Part shown: positions 50,163-62,699 of the stretch, one piece after another
Numbering within the stretch: position 1 is the stretch's first letter
Layout of the letters: every line of letters begins with the position of its first letter
Assembly: GCA_045654165.1 (NCBI GenBank)
Contig: JAZOMV010000012.1
Location: 213-64,212, forward strand
Source of the DNA: Christensenellaceae bacterium
Lineage (GTDB): Bacteria; Bacillota; Clostridia; Christensenellales; Borkfalkiaceae
Length of the DNA: 64,000 bases
Direction of reading: 5' to 3'
The notes under the pieces: generated by a model
Seen by the model: only the letters and a program-made list of their open reading frames with translations
Database searches by the model: none
What the model was told of the DNA's origin: nothing
Translations under genes and position numbers: made by a program

Positions 50163-51380
50163 TTATTTAATAATTTTAGAAACAACGCCTGAACCTACGG
50201 TTCTGCCACCTTCACGGATAGCGAAACGGAGACCTTCTTCCATAGCGATAGGAGTGATGAGTTTAACGCTGATTTCAACGTTGTCACCAGGCATAACCAT
50301 TTCTACACCAGCAGGAAGTTCGATTGAACCGGTAACGTCGGTAGTTCTGAAATAGAATTGAGGACGATAGTTGTTGAAGAAAGGAGTATGACGGCCACCT
50401 TCGTCTTTGTTAAGAACGTAAACTTGACCTACGAATTCGGTGTGGGGTTTTACTGAACCGGGTTTAGCAATAACTTGACCACGTTCGATATCTTTCTTGT
50501 CGATACCACGGAGAAGAGCACCAACGTTGTCACCTGCTTGAGCTTCATCAAGAAGTTTTCTGAACATTTCAAGACCGGTAATAACGGTGGTCTTGCTTTC
50601 TTCTTGTAAACCAACGATTTCAGCAGGTTCGTTAACGTGTGCAACACCTCTTTCTACTCTACCGGTAGCAACAGTACCACGACCAGAGATGGTGAATACG
50701 TCTTCTACAGGGAGAAGGAAGGGTTTAGCATCGTCACGTTCAGGAGCAGGGATATAGCTATCAACAGCGTCCATAAGTTCTTGGATGCACTTGGTTTCAG
50801 CAGCTGCGAGAACTGCATCACCTTCTTGAGCTTGAGCAACTTCAAGAGCTTTAAGAGCAGAACCTTTGATGATAGGAGTATCGTCACCAGGGAAACCATA
50901 TTCAGAAAGAAGTTCTCTGATTTCCATTTCAACGAGTTCAAGAAGTTCAGGATCTTCGAGTTGATCGCATTTGTTCATGAATACTACGATATAAGGAACG
51001 CCTACTTGACGAGCAAGAAGGATGTGTTCTCTAGTTTGGGGCATAGGACCGTCGGTAGCAGCAACTACGAGGATTGCGCCGTCCATTTGAGCAGCACCGG
51101 TGATCATGTTTTTAACATAGTCAGCGTGTCCGGGGCAGTCAACGTGAGCGTAGTGACGATTTGCAGTTTCGTATTCTACGTGAGAGGTGTTAATTGTAAT
51201 ACCTCTTGCCTTTTCTTCTGGTGCCTTATCGATTTCGTCGTACTTCATTTTCTTAGCTTGACCCTTAGCAGCCATAGTCATAGTGATAGCAGCAGTAAGG
51301 GTGGTTTTGCCGTGGTCAACGTGGCCGATAGTACCAATGTTAATGTGCGGTTTGTTTCTTTCGAATTTAGCCTTTGCCAT
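50163..51380 (-). CDS. tuf: elongation factor Tu
   Basis: I prefer the start at [32 protein letters not shown] and NKCD motifs. Confidence 0.97.
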   Translation of the reverse strand: MAKAKFERNKPHINIGTIGHVDHGKTTLTAAITMTMAAKGQAKKMKYDEIDKAPEEKARGITINTSHVEYETANRHYAHVDCPGHADYVKNMITGAAQMDGAILVVAATDGPMPQTREHILLARQVGVPYIVVFMNKCDQLEDPELLELVEMEIRELLSEYGFPGDDTPIIKGSALKALEVAQAQEGDAVLAAAETKCIQELMDAVDSYIPAPERDDAKPFLLPVEDVFTISGRGTVATGRVERGVAHVNEPAEIVGLQEESKTTVITGLEMFRKLLDEAQAGDNVGALLRGIDKKDIERGQVIAKPGSVKPHTEFVGQVYVLNKDEGGRHTPFFNNYRPQFYFRTTDVTGSIELPAGVEMVMPGDNVEISVKLITPIAMEEGLRFAIREGGRTVGSGVVSKIIK

Positions 51381-51478
51381 TATTGTTTCCTCCAAATTTT
51401 CTAATGATAATATTTTTATTTTTTTAATTTTTTTTATTTTTTTGTGTAGAATCGGCCTAAACCGACCCTACACGCTTT

Positions 51479-51507
51479 ATTTTACAATAAATTAAGGTTT
51501 TTGTCAA
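51479..51507 (-). promoter_or_regulatory. internal promoter for tuf in the fusA-tuf spacer
   Basis: Minus strand: TTGACA (51507-51502), 17 nt, TAAAAT (51484-51479). It starts 8 nt after the fusA stop. Confidence 0.55.
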
Positions 51508-51514
51508 CAGTTAA

Positions 51515-53584
51515 TTATGCTTTTTTGCCCATAATCTTTTCAGCAACCGATTTGGGAACTTCTGCATAGTGACTGAATTGCATTGTGTAGTTACCACGAC
51601 CTTGCGTTCTAGAACGAAGATCAGTTGCATAACCGAACATTTCTGCAAGTGGAATATGTGCGTCAATAACCTTAACACCGTTTCTATCGTCAGTACCTTG
51701 AATAATACCACGACGAGCAGTTACGTTACCCATAAGATCACCAAAGTAATCGTCTGGGGTTACGATTTCAACCTTCATAACCGGTTCGAGAAGAACGCTC
51801 TTTGCTTTTGCAAGACCGTCTTTAAGAGCCATACTACCTGCGATCTTGAACGCCATTTCTGACGAGTCAACGTCGTGGTAGCTACCGTCGTAAACGGTTA
51901 CCTTAAAGTCAACTACTTCGTAACCAGCAAGGATACCGTTCTTAGATGCTTTCATAATACCCTTGTTGATAGGTTGAATAAATTCCTTAGGAATAGAACC
52001 ACCAACGGTTTCGTCGATAAATTCATAACCCTTACCAGGTTCTTGTGGTTCAAGACGGATTTTACAATGGCCGTATTGACCGTGACCACCTGATTGACGT
52101 TTGAACATACCTTCTGCTTCAACAGCTTGTCTGATGGTTTCTTTGTAAGCAACTTGGGGTTGACCAACGTTTGCTTCTACTCTGAATTCACGGAGCAATC
52201 TGTCTACGATAATTTCAAGGTGAAGTTCGCCCATACCTGCGATAATGGTTTGTCCTGTTTCGCCGTCGGTGTAGGTTTTGAACGTGGGATCTTCTTCTGC
52301 AAGTTTTGCAAGAGCAAAGCCCATCTTTTCTTGACCAGCCTTGGTCTTAGGTTCAATCGCTACGTTAATAACGGGATCTGGGAATTCCATTTGTTCAAGC
52401 ACGATTTGGTTGTTTTCGTCACAAAGAGTATCACCAGTAGTGGTATCTTTTAAACCTACGAGAGCGCAGATTTCGCCTGAATATACAGCGTCAACTTCTT
52501 CTCTGTGGTTAGCGTGCATACGAAGAATACGTGCAACTCTTTCTTTCTTACCTTTTACGCTGTTGTAAACGTAAGAACCGGTCTTTAATACGCCGGAGTA
52601 AGAACGGAAGAATGCGAGTTTACCTACGAACGGGTCGGTCATGATCTTAAATGCAAGACCACTGAACGGTGCGTCGTCACTAGGTTCTCTATTTGTTTCT
52701 TCACCTTTAACGGTCATACCGGTAACTGCACCAACGTCCAAAGGACTTGGTAAGTAATCAACGATAGCGTCTAAAAGGTTTTGAACGCCTTTGTTTTTAT
52801 AACTTGATCCGCAAAGTACGGGAGTTACTTTCATAGCGAGGGTTGCTGCACGCAAGCCCTTTTTGATTTCTTCAATGGAAAGGTCGCCTTCTTCAAAGTA
52901 TTTTTCCATCAACGAATCGTCAGCTTCTGCAGCGATTTCAACAACTTGTGCTCTGGTTTCTTCGCAAAGGTCTACCATATCTGCAGGAACGTCGGTAACG
53001 TCGATTTCTCTACCAAGGTCGTCAAGATAGATGTAAGCCTTTCTGGTGATTACGTCTACGATACCTTTGAAGGTGTCTTCTTTACCGATAGGAAGAATAA
53101 TGGGAAGCGCATTAGTATGAAGTCTATCCTTCATCATTTGGATAGCGTTGTCATAGTTAGCGCCGTTAATATCCATTTTGTTAACGTATGCGATTCTTGG
53201 AACTTTATATTTGTCCGCTTGACGCCATACCGTTTCACTTTGGGGTTCTACGCCACCTTTAGCGCAGAAAGTAGCAACTGCACCGTCAAGAATACGGAGC
53301 GATCTTTCAACTTCTACGGTAAAGTCAACGTGTCCGGGGGTATCTATAATGTTAATACGGTGTCCTTTCCAGTAACAAGTGGTTGCAGCACTGGTGATGG
53401 TAATACCACGTTCTTGCTCTTGAACCATCCAGTCCATAGTAGCGCCACCTTCGTGAGTTTCGCCTAACTTGTGGGTTTTACCCGTGTAGAACAAAATACG
53501 TTCGGTGGTGGTAGTTTTACCAGCGTCAATGTGCGCCATGATGCCTATATTTCTGGTTACACCCAAATCTAAATCTCTCGGCAT
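51515..53584 (-). CDS. fusA: elongation factor G
   Basis: [32 protein letters not shown]. Confidence 0.97.
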   Translation of the reverse strand: MPRDLDLGVTRNIGIMAHIDAGKTTTTERILFYTGKTHKLGETHEGGATMDWMVQEQERGITITSAATTCYWKGHRINIIDTPGHVDFTVEVERSLRILDGAVATFCAKGGVEPQSETVWRQADKYKVPRIAYVNKMDINGANYDNAIQMMKDRLHTNALPIILPIGKEDTFKGIVDVITRKAYIYLDDLGREIDVTDVPADMVDLCEETRAQVVEIAAEADDSLMEKYFEEGDLSIEEIKKGLRAATLAMKVTPVLCGSSYKNKGVQNLLDAIVDYLPSPLDVGAVTGMTVKGEETNREPSDDAPFSGLAFKIMTDPFVGKLAFFRSYSGVLKTGSYVYNSVKGKKERVARILRMHANHREEVDAVYSGEICALVGLKDTTTGDTLCDENNQIVLEQMEFPDPVINVAIEPKTKAGQEKMGFALAKLAEEDPTFKTYTDGETGQTIIAGMGELHLEIIVDRLLREFRVEANVGQPQVAYKETIRQAVEAEGMFKRQSGGHGQYGHCKIRLEPQEPGKGYEFIDETVGGSIPKEFIQPINKGIMKASKNGILAGYEVVDFKVTVYDGSYHDVDSSEMAFKIAGSMALKDGLAKAKSVLLEPVMKVEIVTPDDYFGDLMGNVTARRGIIQGTDDRNGVKVIDAHIPLAEMFGYATDLRSRTQGRGNYTMQFSHYAEVPKSVAEKIMGKKA

Positions 53585-53602
53585 ATCAACTATCTCCCAA
53601 AA

Positions 53603-54073
53603 TTAAAATCTATAATGTGCGAAAGCCTTGTTAGCTTCTGCCATTCTATGCGTGTCTTCTTTCTTCTTAACAGCGCTGCCGGTGTTGTTGAAAGCATCAA
53701 CGAGTTCTGCTGCAAGACGAGAAGCCATTTCTCTTTCCCCTCTCTTTCTTGCTGCTGCTACCAACCATCTGATTGCGAGCGTCTGTCTTCTTTCAGCACG
53801 GATTTCGATAGGTACTTGATAGTTAGCACCACCAACTCTCCTTGCTTTTACTTCTACCATAGGCATGATGTTGCCGAGCGCTTGTGCAAACATTTCTTTA
53901 GGTTCTGAACCAACCTTTTCAGAAGCTGCTGTGAACGCTTCGTAAACAATGCCTTGAGCAATACCCTTTTTACCGTCGAGCATAACTTGGTTGATAAGTT
54001 TGGTTACAACCTTATCGCCGTAAACGGGATCGGGTAATACGTCTCTTTTTGCAATGTTGCCTCTTCTTGGCAT
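53603..54073 (-). CDS. rpsG: 30S ribosomal protein S7
   Basis: [19 protein letters not shown]... Confidence 0.97.
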   Translation of the reverse strand: MPRRGNIAKRDVLPDPVYGDKVVTKLINQVMLDGKKGIAQGIVYEAFTAASEKVGSEPKEMFAQALGNIMPMVEVKARRVGGANYQVPIEIRAERRQTLAIRWLVAAARKRGEREMASRLAAELVDAFNNTGSAVKKKEDTHRMAEANKAFAHYRF

Positions 54074-54277
54074 ATTCTTTATCCTCCTTTAAATTTTCTT
54101 GCGCTTAGCCTAGCGCATTTTTAAGGGCTAACCCTTGTTTTAGTACAGCTATCGCTTGCCTTTTATAAGGTAGCGAACCTTCTGTCTTGCGACATACTGC
54201 CTACCAAATCGGGCTATTTCCGAACTTTACCGATTATAAGTAGGTGATTTTGTCAAATAATCTGTTTTATAGAGCGA

Positions 54278-54649
54278 TTATTTAGGTCTCTTTGCGCCGT
54301 AAAGCGATCTTGACTGTCTACGTTTTGCAACGCCGGCAGTATCGAGCGCGCCACGGATAATGTGGTATCTAACACCAGGTAAGTCTTTAACTCTTCCGCC
54401 ACGGATAAGAACTGAACTGTGTTCTTGTAAGTTGTGACCTTCACCAGGGATATATACAACACCTTCTGACTTATTAGTCAAACGTACTCTGGCAATCTTA
54501 CGAAGTGCTGAGTTAGGTTTTTTAGGCGTAGTCGTAGTTACTGACAAGCACACACCTCTTTTTTGAGGACATTCGTCAAGAATAGGTGATTTAGACTTGT
54601 AAGTAGTTTTTTGTCTGCCTTGTCTGATAAGTTGTTGAATTGTAGGCAT
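54278..54649 (-). CDS. rpsL: 30S ribosomal protein S12
   Basis: [14 protein letters not shown]...[10 protein letters not shown]. Confidence 0.97.
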   Translation of the reverse strand: MPTIQQLIRQGRQKTTYKSKSPILDECPQKRGVCLSVTTTTPKKPNSALRKIARVRLTNKSEGVVYIPGEGHNLQEHSSVLIRGGRVKDLPGVRYHIIRGALDTAGVAKRRQSRSLYGAKRPK

Positions 54650-54756
54650 AGCACACCTCCTTATTTTATTTCGGTTTTTATTCGGAAAACGGATTCGGAA
54701 TTTCCGTCTTGAGAAACTTGGTTTTTCCGTCGGCTTTAATCAACCGACGGAATATT

Positions 54757-54785
54757 ATTTTACCATTTATTGAACTTTTAGTCAA
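54757..54785 (-). promoter_or_regulatory. extended -10 promoter of the rpsL-rpsG-fusA(-tuf) operon
   Basis: Minus strand: TTGACT (54785-54780), 17 nt, TGgTAAAAT (-10 at 54762-54757). A 7-bp hairpin ccgtcgg/ccgacgg (54750-54727) sits at the predicted 5' end. Confidence 0.6.
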
Positions 54786-54834
54786 TCAATTTGCACGGTT
54801 TGTGCGTTTTTTACGGGTTTTTAACCCGTTTTTA

Positions 54835-57800
54835 TTATTCTTCGGTCTCTACTCTTTGAATAATGGTTTGGGGTGAAACGTTTTTGTAGTTTCTAATACC
54901 CGTACCAGCAGGAATAAGTTTACCGATAATAACGTTTTCTTTCAAGCCGATAAGTGGATCGATCTTGTTCTTGATTGCCGCTTCTGTAAGAACTCTTGCA
55001 GTTTCTTGGAAAGATGCCGCCGACAAGAACGAATCTTTTGCGAGCGCCGCTTTCGTGATACCGAGAAGAATTCTCTTTCCTTGAGGTGGTACGAGACCGT
55101 TGTCAAGTGCAGCAAGGGTTTCTTCTTCAAACTTATGAACGTCAACCTTTTCACCGGGAAGAATTTCCGTTCCACCGGGATTTTCAACTTGAACTTTCTT
55201 CATCATTTGACGAACGATAATTTCAACGTGCTTGTCGTTGATATCAACGCCTTGTGAACGGTATACGCTTTGGATTTCTCTAAGAATATAGTCTTGAACA
55301 CCCTTGATACCCTTGTTCTTTAAGATATCTTGTGGGTATACTGAACCGGTCGTGAGTATCGTACCGGGTTCTACCTTGTCGCCCGTCTTTACGATTACGC
55401 CCGTTCCGAAAGGTATGGTGTAATCTTTTTCTTCGTTTTCGTCCGTCTTTACGATTACGTGAATAATCTTATCTTTTTCTTCAATAGTAACTTCACCACT
55501 GTGTTCGCAAACGATTGCAGCGTGTTTTGGTTTTCTTGCTTCAAAAAGTTCTTCAACTCTAGGAAGACCTTGCGTGATGTCGCCCGTTGATGCAATACCA
55601 CCGGTGTGGAAGGTTCTCATGGTAAGCTGAGTACCAGGTTCACCGATTGATTGAGCGGCGATAATACCAACTGCTTCACCGATTTGAACGGGGTTATTGT
55701 TACTCATGTTTTTACCGTAACACTTAGCGCATACGCCAGTCTTAGACTTACAAGTGAAGATGCTTCTGATTTCTACTTCTTCAATGCCTGCTTTTACGAT
55801 TGCGTCTGCATCGTCTTCGCTAATCATTTCGTTAGCTTTTACTAAAACTTCGCCGTTTACAACGATATCGTTAACGGTAAATCTACCTGCGATACGGTCA
55901 CGCAAACCTTCGATAATTTCGCCAGACGCATCTCTAATTGCAGAAACCTTAACACCCTTAACGGGATCGCCCGTTTTTGCGAAACAGTCTTCGTCTTTAA
56001 TAATAACTTCTTGCGCAACGTCTACAAGACGACGGGTAAGGTAACCTGAGTCAGCCGTCTTAAGAGCCGTATCGGCAAGACCTTTACGACCACCGTGAGA
56101 AGAAATGAAGTATTCGAGAACTGAAAGTCCTTCACGGAAACAAGATTTAACCGGTACTTCAATGGTTTTACCGTTAGGATCGGTCATAAGACCACGCATA
56201 CCTGCAAGTTGTTTAATTTGGTCTTTAGAACCACGGGCACCTGAGTTAGCCATCATAAGAATCGGGTTAAACTCATCAAGGTTTGCCATCAACTTTTCAG
56301 TAACGTCGTCGGTAGCCTTTTTCCAAATGCTAACGACTTTCTTATATCTTTCTTCGTCGGTTATATAACCTTTCTTGTAAAGTGATTCAACTTTTAATAC
56401 GTATTCATCAGCCGTTTTGAGAATACCATCTTTGTTATCTGGCATGTGCATATCGAACACGCTGGTCGTGATTGCGCCAACGGTTGAATACTTAAAGCCG
56501 AGAGCCTTGATTTTATCAAGAACGTCTGCAGCACAACTTGCGCCGTGACGCTTAAAGCATGCACCAACGATTTTTTGAAGGTCTTTTTTGCCAACGAGTT
56601 TATCTATTTCGTACTTGAGGAAATCTTCTTTGGTCTTTCTTTCAACGAATCCAAGATTTTGTGGAATTGCTTCGTTGAAGATAATCTTACCAACAGAAGT
56701 CTTAACTCTACCCGTTACCGTTTCACCGTCTACTTCTACGCTACGACGAACGATAATTTCGTCTTGAAGTCTAATTTCACCCGTTTGATAAGCCATGATT
56801 GCTTCTTCTGGTGAAGTGAACGATACTTTGTATTCGGGAACGCCGTATACTACGCCGTTTTCATCTCTTCTACCCTTTTCGTTATATTTTTCGCCTATCT
56901 TCTTTCTAATAATGGTTAAGTAGTATGAACCCATAACCATATCTTGAGAAGGTGACATAACCGGCTTACCGTCAGAAAGTTTCAAGATGTTGTTTGATGC
57001 GAGCATCAAGAATCTTGCTTCTGCTTGCGCTTCTATTGAAAGGGGTACGTGTACTGCCATTTGGTCACCGTCGAAGTCGGCGTTGAACGCACCACATACT
57101 AACGGGTGAAGTTTAATTGCTCTACCTTCGATAAGTACGGGTTCAAATGCTTGTATAGAAAGTCTGTGAAGCGTAGGTGCACGGTTGAGCATTACGGGGT
57201 GATCTTTGATTACGTCTTCTAAGATGTCCCAAACTGCGCTCTTACCACGTTCTACGGCACGCTTTGCGCTCTTAATGTTGTGGCAAATGTTTTGTTCAAC
57301 GAGTTTTTTCATAACGAACGGCTTGAAAAGTTCGATAGCCATTTCTTTAGGCAAACCACATTGATAAAGTTTAAGTTCCGGACCTACGACGATAACCGAA
57401 CGACCTGAATAGTCAACACGCTTACCGAGAAGGTTTTGACGGAAACGACCTTGTTTACCACGAAGCATACCAGAGAGAGATTTAAGTTCTCTGTTGCCTG
57501 CGCCACTAATAGCCTTGCCACGACGACCGTTGTCGATAAGTGCGTCAACGGCTTCTTGAAGCATACGCTTTTCGTTTCTAATAATGATTTCAGGTGCGCC
57601 GAGTTCCATCAACTTCTTCAAACGATTGTTTCTGTTGATAACACGACGATACAAGTCGTTAAGGTCGCTGGTTGCAAATCTGCCACCGTCTAATTGTACC
57701 ATAGGACGAAGTTCTGGTGGAATAACGGGAAGAACGTCTAAAATCATCCATTCAGGGCGATTGCCACTCTTTCTGAACGCTTCTATAATTTCTATTCTCT

Positions 57801-58428
57801 TTACGGCACGAATTCTTCTTTGTCCTGATACGTTTTCTTCTATAATCTTTTTAGTTTCTGCGCTTTCCTTTTCAAGATCGATAGCCATTAAAAGTTCTTT
57901 AATTGCTTCTGCACCCATACCGGTTTTGAAAGAGCCGTAACCGTATTGTGCTTCAAAATCTTGTTTTTCTCTATCGTTAATTACTTGCTTGTAGAGAAGT
58001 GGGGTAACACCCGGATCAAGTACTACGTGGCAAGCAAAGTAGAGAACTTGTTCAAGAGCTTTAGGGCTCATATCGAGCATAAGCCCTATTCTTGAAGGAA
58101 CGCCTTTGAAATACCAAATGTGTGAAACGGGCGCTGCGAGTTCAATGTGACCTAATCTATCACGACGAACTTTAGACTTGGTGATTTCAACGCCACACTT
58201 GTCGCATATAACGCCTTTATAACGAACACGTTTATATTTACCACAATGGCATTCCCAGTCCTTAGTTGGTCCAAAAATTCTTTCACAGAAAAGACCACCC
58301 ATTTCAGGTTTTTGAGTTCTATAATTGATGGTTTCGGGCTTTGTTACTTCGCCGTAAGACCATTCTCTAATTTTTTCGGGAGATGCAACCCCTATTTGGA
58401 TTGAATCAAAATTGTTAAGTTCAAACAT
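54835..58428 (-). CDS. rpoC: DNA-directed RNA polymerase subunit beta'
   Basis: Zn finger [22 protein letters not shown] and the catalytic [12 protein letters not shown]. Confidence 0.97.
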   Translation of the reverse strand: MFELNNFDSIQIGVASPEKIREWSYGEVTKPETINYRTQKPEMGGLFCERIFGPTKDWECHCGKYKRVRYKGVICDKCGVEITKSKVRRDRLGHIELAAPVSHIWYFKGVPSRIGLMLDMSPKALEQVLYFACHVVLDPGVTPLLYKQVINDREKQDFEAQYGYGSFKTGMGAEAIKELLMAIDLEKESAETKKIIEENVSGQRRIRAVKRIEIIEAFRKSGNRPEWMILDVLPVIPPELRPMVQLDGGRFATSDLNDLYRRVINRNNRLKKLMELGAPEIIIRNEKRMLQEAVDALIDNGRRGKAISGAGNRELKSLSGMLRGKQGRFRQNLLGKRVDYSGRSVIVVGPELKLYQCGLPKEMAIELFKPFVMKKLVEQNICHNIKSAKRAVERGKSAVWDILEDVIKDHPVMLNRAPTLHRLSIQAFEPVLIEGRAIKLHPLVCGAFNADFDGDQMAVHVPLSIEAQAEARFLMLASNNILKLSDGKPVMSPSQDMVMGSYYLTIIRKKIGEKYNEKGRRDENGVVYGVPEYKVSFTSPEEAIMAYQTGEIRLQDEIIVRRSVEVDGETVTGRVKTSVGKIIFNEAIPQNLGFVERKTKEDFLKYEIDKLVGKKDLQKIVGACFKRHGASCAADVLDKIKALGFKYSTVGAITTSVFDMHMPDNKDGILKTADEYVLKVESLYKKGYITDEERYKKVVSIWKKATDDVTEKLMANLDEFNPILMMANSGARGSKDQIKQLAGMRGLMTDPNGKTIEVPVKSCFREGLSVLEYFISSHGGRKGLADTALKTADSGYLTRRLVDVAQEVIIKDEDCFAKTGDPVKGVKVSAIRDASGEIIEGLRDRIAGRFTVNDIVVNGEVLVKANEMISEDDADAIVKAGIEEVEIRSIFTCKSKTGVCAKCYGKNMSNNNPVQIGEAVGIIAAQSIGEPGTQLTMRTFHTGGIASTGDITQGLPRVEELFEARKPKHAAIVCEHSGEVTIEEKDKIIHVIVKTDENEEKDYTIPFGTGVIVKTGDKVEPGTILTTGSVYPQDILKNKGIKGVQDYILREIQSVYRSQGVDINDKHVEIIVRQMMKKVQVENPGGTEILPGEKVDVHKFEEETLAALDNGLVPPQGKRILLGITKAALAKDSFLSAASFQETARVLTEAAIKNKIDPLIGLKENVIIGKLIPAGTGIRNYKNVSPQTIIQRVETEE

Positions 58429-58446
58429 AATCTATCCTGTCCCCCC

Positions 58447-61400
58447 TTATTCTTCGTCTTCGAGATCGACTTCATCAAAATCGTCGTCATCAAGGAAATC
58501 GCCGTCGGGTATGGTAGTATCGATTTCGTCGTCTTCGTCGTCAAACATATCGCTAGCGTTGAAACCGTCAAAGTCGTCGTCTGCGAGATCGGTGTCTTCA
58601 AACACAGCTTGTTCTTCTGCGTTGAATTCTTCAATTTCAACTTCGTCTTGAATATCTTTTTCACGGTAAGCAGGTGCATGGTCGTCGATATCGCTTTCAA
58701 TAATGCCTTGAAGATCAAGTTCTTCTTTGTTTTCAGTAAGAACTTTCATATCGAGAGCCAAGCTTTGCAATTCTTTAAGCAATACCTTGAACGCTTCGGG
58801 AATACCCGGTTCGCTAATGTTAGTACCCTTAACGATAGATTCGTAAGTCTTTACACGACCAACGATATCGTCGGACTTAACGGTAAGGATTTCTTGAAGA
58901 ATATGTGCTGCGCCGTACGCTTCGAGAGCCCAAATTTCCATTTCACCGAAACGTTGTCCACCGAATTGCGCTTTACCACCGAGAGGTTGTTGCGTAACAA
59001 GGCTGTACGGACCGGTCGAACGTGCGTGAATCTTATCGTCAACAAGGTGGATAAGTTTGATCATGTACATTTGACCAACGGTAACTCTGTTTTCAAACGG
59101 TTCACCCGTTCTACCATCGTAAAGTTGAATTTTACCATCAACTTCGCCGTCGGGATTTACTATATTGTTTTCTTTAAGAAGTTCACGAATATCCTTTTCA
59201 GACGCACCGTCGAATACCGGCGTTGCGATCTTCCAACCGAGTTGTTTACATACTAAACCAAGGTGAACTTCAAGTACTTGACCGATGTTCATACGAGAAG
59301 GAACGCCTAGTGGGTTAAGCACGATTTGCAACGGTGTACCGTCTGCCAAGAAAGGCATATCCGATTCAGGAAGAATTCTTGAAATAACGCCCTTGTTACC
59401 GTGACGGCCTGCCATCTTGTCACCGATTGAAATCTTACGTTTTTGAGCAATGTAAACTCTAACGAGTTTGTTTACCCCTGGTGGCAATTCGTCTTTATTA
59501 GCACGGGTAAAGATTTTAACGTCTACAACGATACCACCTTCACCGTGTGGAACTTTAAGTGAAGTATCTCTAACTTCTCTTGCCTTTTCGCCGAATATTG
59601 CACGGAGCAATCTTTCTTCCGGCGTGAGTTCAGTTTCGCCCTTAGGCGTTACTTTACCAACGAGAATATCGCCACTATTAACTTCTGCACCGATTCTTAC
59701 GATACCGTCTTCGTCAAGATCTTTAAGAGCGTCTTCACCAACGTTAGGAATATCTCTAGTAATTTCTTCTTCGCCAAGTCTAGTATCTCTTGCTTCGGTT
59801 TCGTGTTCTTCAATATGGATTGTCGTGAACACGTCTTCTCTTACGAGTTTTTCCGAAAGAAGTATAGCGTCTTCGTAGTTATAGCCTTCCCAGCTCATAA
59901 AGCCGACGAGAATATTGCGACCGAGCGCAAGTTCGCCGTTTTTGGTAGAAGGACCGTCTGCAATGGTTTGACCTTTAGCAATGACTTCGCCCTTGTCGAC
60001 GATAGGTCTTTGGTTAAGGCAAGTACCTTGGTTACTACGTTCAAATTTCTTTAAGGTATATTTTCTTACCGTCCCGTCGTCTTCAGTAATAACGATACAG
60101 TCGCTTGCAACCGACTTAACGATACCACCGTTAACAGCGTTAATCATAACGCCTGAGTCGTAAGCGATACGACGTTCGATACCAGTTGCTACGATAGCGT
60201 TTTCAGGACAAAGTAGTGGAACTGCCTGACGTTGCATGTTAGAACCCATGAGCGCACGGTTGGTATCGTCGTTCTCAAGGAACGGGATAAGTGCCGTTGC
60301 AACTGAAATGAGTTGTTTTGGAGAAACGTCCATATAGTCCATCTTCTCTTTAACGTCTTCGGTAATTTCATCTCTATATCTACAAGATACACGATCGTTT
60401 GCGAAATATTTATTGTCTACTAACGGTTCGTTAGCCTGTGCAACGATATAATTATCTTCTTCGTCTGCAGTAAGATAATGTACTTCTTCAGTAACAACGG
60501 TTTCAATAGTGCCGTCTTCTTTCAAAGTGTGATTAATCTTTCTATAAGGCGATTCGATAAATCCGTATTCGTTAACCTGTGCGTAAGCGGCAAGCGAAGT
60601 GATAAGACCGATATTTTGTCCTTCAGGGGTTTCTATCGGACACATTCTGCCGTAGTGCGAGTGGTGAACGTCACGAACTTCAAACGTTGCTCTATCACGG
60701 TTAAGACCACCAGGACCTAACGCAGAAAGTTTTCTCTTGTGAGGAAGTTCTGCAATCGGGTTGGTTTGATCCATAAATTGCGAAAGTTGTGAAGAACCGA
60801 AGAATTCTTTAATAGCCGAACTTACGGGACGAACGTTGATAAGACCTTGAGGTGAAACTTCCTTGGGGTCTTGAGTTTGCATTCTTTCCTTAATAACTCT
60901 TTCAAGTCTTGCAATACCGATACGGAACTGATTTTGTAAAAGTTCGCCAACCGAACGAACACGACGGTTACCCAAGTGGTCGATATTATCGGTGGTATTT
61001 ATATCGAAAGCAAGGTCAAGGTTAACTGAAATAGAAGCTACGATATCGTCAACCGTGATGTGCTTATGATTGAGTTTATCCATTAACGGACGAAGAGTTT
61101 TCTTGTCTTCAGCCGTAAGGGTTTCAGGAAGTTCGTCGGAAATAATTTGATAGTAGCGTACGCAAGCATTAACGAATTTCGCTCTCGTTTCTCTTGCCTT
61201 TTCAGCATACTTCTTATCTTCGGGTTTTTCTTCTGCTTCTGGAATATTATCTTTATCTTCAAGATAGAATAAAGCGTTGATATCTTTCTTTAATTCTTCT
61301 GCAGTTGCTTCAACGCCCTTTTCAACGGCAAGAGCGTTTACCTTTTCAGCAAAAGCAAAAGTGGGATAATAAACGTAATCAAGCAAACCAAAGAATTTGG

Positions 61401-62460
61401 GGTTGATCTTTGTTAACGCTTTATAGTTAACAACGTTATTACCGATAATCTTATGCTTTTCGCCGTTAACGTCTGCATAGAATTCGTTTACGCCTGCGTT
61501 TTGGATTGCTTCTGCAGTAGCCTTGTCAATGATTTGACCAGCCGTTGCTAAAACTTCGCCGTCTGGAGAAATAACGTCTTCAAACGCTTTAAGTCCTGCA
61601 ATACGCACGCCAAGTCTTAAACGCTTGTTGAACTTATATCTACCAACTCTAGCAAGATCGTAACGACGAGCGTCAAAGAACAAGTTTTTAAGGTTTTGCT
61701 TAACTGCGTCGTCAGATGGAATTTCACTAGGACGAAGACGACGGTACAATTCTAAAAGACCGTCTGCTTCTGACTTAGAAGTATCCTTTTCAGCAGTATC
61801 GGCAATCATTTTATTACCGTCGAAAAGTTTGGTAAGAGCGTCGTCGCTACCAAAACCTAACGCACGGAGAAGAACGGTAGCCGTAAGTTTTCTCGTTCTA
61901 TCAACGTGAACCCACAAAACGTTTTGTGAGTCTTGTTCAAACTCTAACCAAGCACCCCTAGAAGGAATAACGGTCGTATCAAAGAGTTTTTTACCCGACT
62001 TGTCCATTTGCGAACCGTTATAAACACCGGGCGAACGAACGAGTTGAGAAACGATAACTCTTTCAGCACCGTTAATAATAAACGAGCCGTTGTCCGTCAT
62101 AAGAGGGAAATCGCCCATATACACGTCTGAATCACGCACTTCGTCGGTGACTTTGTTGATAAGTCTTACTCTAACGTGAAGTGGACGAGCATAAGTAGCA
62201 TCTCTATCCCTACATTCTTTCTCGTCATACTTGGGCTGACCGTCAAGATTGTGCTCTAAGAAATAAAGCTCATAGTGATCGGAATAGTCGGTAATCGGGG
62301 AAAAGTCTTCCAAAACTTCGCTGATGCCTTCTTTAATAAAAGCGTCGTACGAATCTTTTTGGATTTTTACGAGATAAGGCAATTCAATAGCTTCTTTAAT
62401 CTTACTGAACGTCTTTCTCTTAACCTTACCACATTCAATTTCTGGTAGAATTCGTGTCAT
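58447..62460 (-). CDS. rpoB: DNA-directed RNA polymerase subunit beta (long form with an internal insertion and an acidic C-terminal tail)
   Basis: [45 protein letters not shown] prefer ATG at 62460 (AAGGAG SD 9 nt upstream) over TTG at 62463. Confidence 0.97.
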   Translation of the reverse strand: MTRILPEIECGKVKRKTFSKIKEAIELPYLVKIQKDSYDAFIKEGISEVLEDFSPITDYSDHYELYFLEHNLDGQPKYDEKECRDRDATYARPLHVRVRLINKVTDEVRDSDVYMGDFPLMTDNGSFIINGAERVIVSQLVRSPGVYNGSQMDKSGKKLFDTTVIPSRGAWLEFEQDSQNVLWVHVDRTRKLTATVLLRALGFGSDDALTKLFDGNKMIADTAEKDTSKSEADGLLELYRRLRPSEIPSDDAVKQNLKNLFFDARRYDLARVGRYKFNKRLRLGVRIAGLKAFEDVISPDGEVLATAGQIIDKATAEAIQNAGVNEFYADVNGEKHKIIGNNVVNYKALTKINPKFFGLLDYVYYPTFAFAEKVNALAVEKGVEATAEELKKDINALFYLEDKDNIPEAEEKPEDKKYAEKARETRAKFVNACVRYYQIISDELPETLTAEDKKTLRPLMDKLNHKHITVDDIVASISVNLDLAFDINTTDNIDHLGNRRVRSVGELLQNQFRIGIARLERVIKERMQTQDPKEVSPQGLINVRPVSSAIKEFFGSSQLSQFMDQTNPIAELPHKRKLSALGPGGLNRDRATFEVRDVHHSHYGRMCPIETPEGQNIGLITSLAAYAQVNEYGFIESPYRKINHTLKEDGTIETVVTEEVHYLTADEEDNYIVAQANEPLVDNKYFANDRVSCRYRDEITEDVKEKMDYMDVSPKQLISVATALIPFLENDDTNRALMGSNMQRQAVPLLCPENAIVATGIERRIAYDSGVMINAVNGGIVKSVASDCIVITEDDGTVRKYTLKKFERSNQGTCLNQRPIVDKGEVIAKGQTIADGPSTKNGELALGRNILVGFMSWEGYNYEDAILLSEKLVREDVFTTIHIEEHETEARDTRLGEEEITRDIPNVGEDALKDLDEDGIVRIGAEVNSGDILVGKVTPKGETELTPEERLLRAIFGEKAREVRDTSLKVPHGEGGIVVDVKIFTRANKDELPPGVNKLVRVYIAQKRKISIGDKMAGRHGNKGVISRILPESDMPFLADGTPLQIVLNPLGVPSRMNIGQVLEVHLGLVCKQLGWKIATPVFDGASEKDIRELLKENNIVNPDGEVDGKIQLYDGRTGEPFENRVTVGQMYMIKLIHLVDDKIHARSTGPYSLVTQQPLGGKAQFGGQRFGEMEIWALEAYGAAHILQEILTVKSDDIVGRVKTYESIVKGTNISEPGIPEAFKVLLKELQSLALDMKVLTENKEELDLQGIIESDIDDHAPAYREKDIQDEVEIEEFNAEEQAVFEDTDLADDDFDGFNASDMFDDEDDEIDTTIPDGDFLDDDDFDEVDLEDEE

Positions 62461-62670
62461 CAAAACACACTCCTTAAAAAATTAAATTTTTTTCTTGACT
62501 TTTACAGTTTACAAAACGATAAATATGTTGTATAATCTGTATAGGTCGGTTAAGCATACCGAATCTTGTCAAAATCTGCATTTTTCGGGGGTTTTTGCCA
62601 TTATTTTTTTAATAAAAAACCGAAAAAAGGCGACAAAATGCGATATTAACCTATCATAATGCATTGTATA

Positions 62671-62699
62671 ATAATAACCTATTAATTTTTATTTGTCAA
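62671..62699 (-). promoter_or_regulatory. candidate rpoB promoter (would give a leader of about 200 nt)
   Basis: Minus strand: TTGACA (62699-62694), 17 nt, TATTAT (62676-62671). Confidence 0.45.

Noticed and set aside
50637-51404. 255-aa open reading frame on the plus strand, antisense to tuf.
   Set aside because: The opposite strand encodes a near-textbook EF-Tu. The antisense product is low-complexity (S/F/V-rich) with no SD or promoter. Long antisense ORFs are a known by-product of strong codon bias in highly expressed genes.
54233-54256. TTGACA and TATAAT hexamers on the minus strand inside the rpsL-rpsG spacer, suggesting an internal rpsG promoter.
   Set aside because: The spacer between the two hexamers is only 12 nt, far from the functional 16-18 nt. 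This is probably chance in AT-rich sequence.
58609-59256. 215-aa antisense ORF inside rpoB. Similar antisense ORFs occur in fusA (52946-53467), tgt (4142-4663), the M1 peptidase gene (43987-44460) and yebC/trmH (10623-11087).
   Set aside because: Each lies fully inside, or spans, a confidently identified gene on the other strand. None has a start context, and their compositions are atypical. I treat them as shadow ORFs.
61050-61400. Possibility that the extra RpoB segment is an intein or a mobile insertion.
   Set aside because: There are no Cys/Ser-...-His-Asn splice-junction residues and no endonuclease motifs. The frame and codon usage are continuous with the rest of rpoB. It looks like an ordinary lineage-specific insertion domain.
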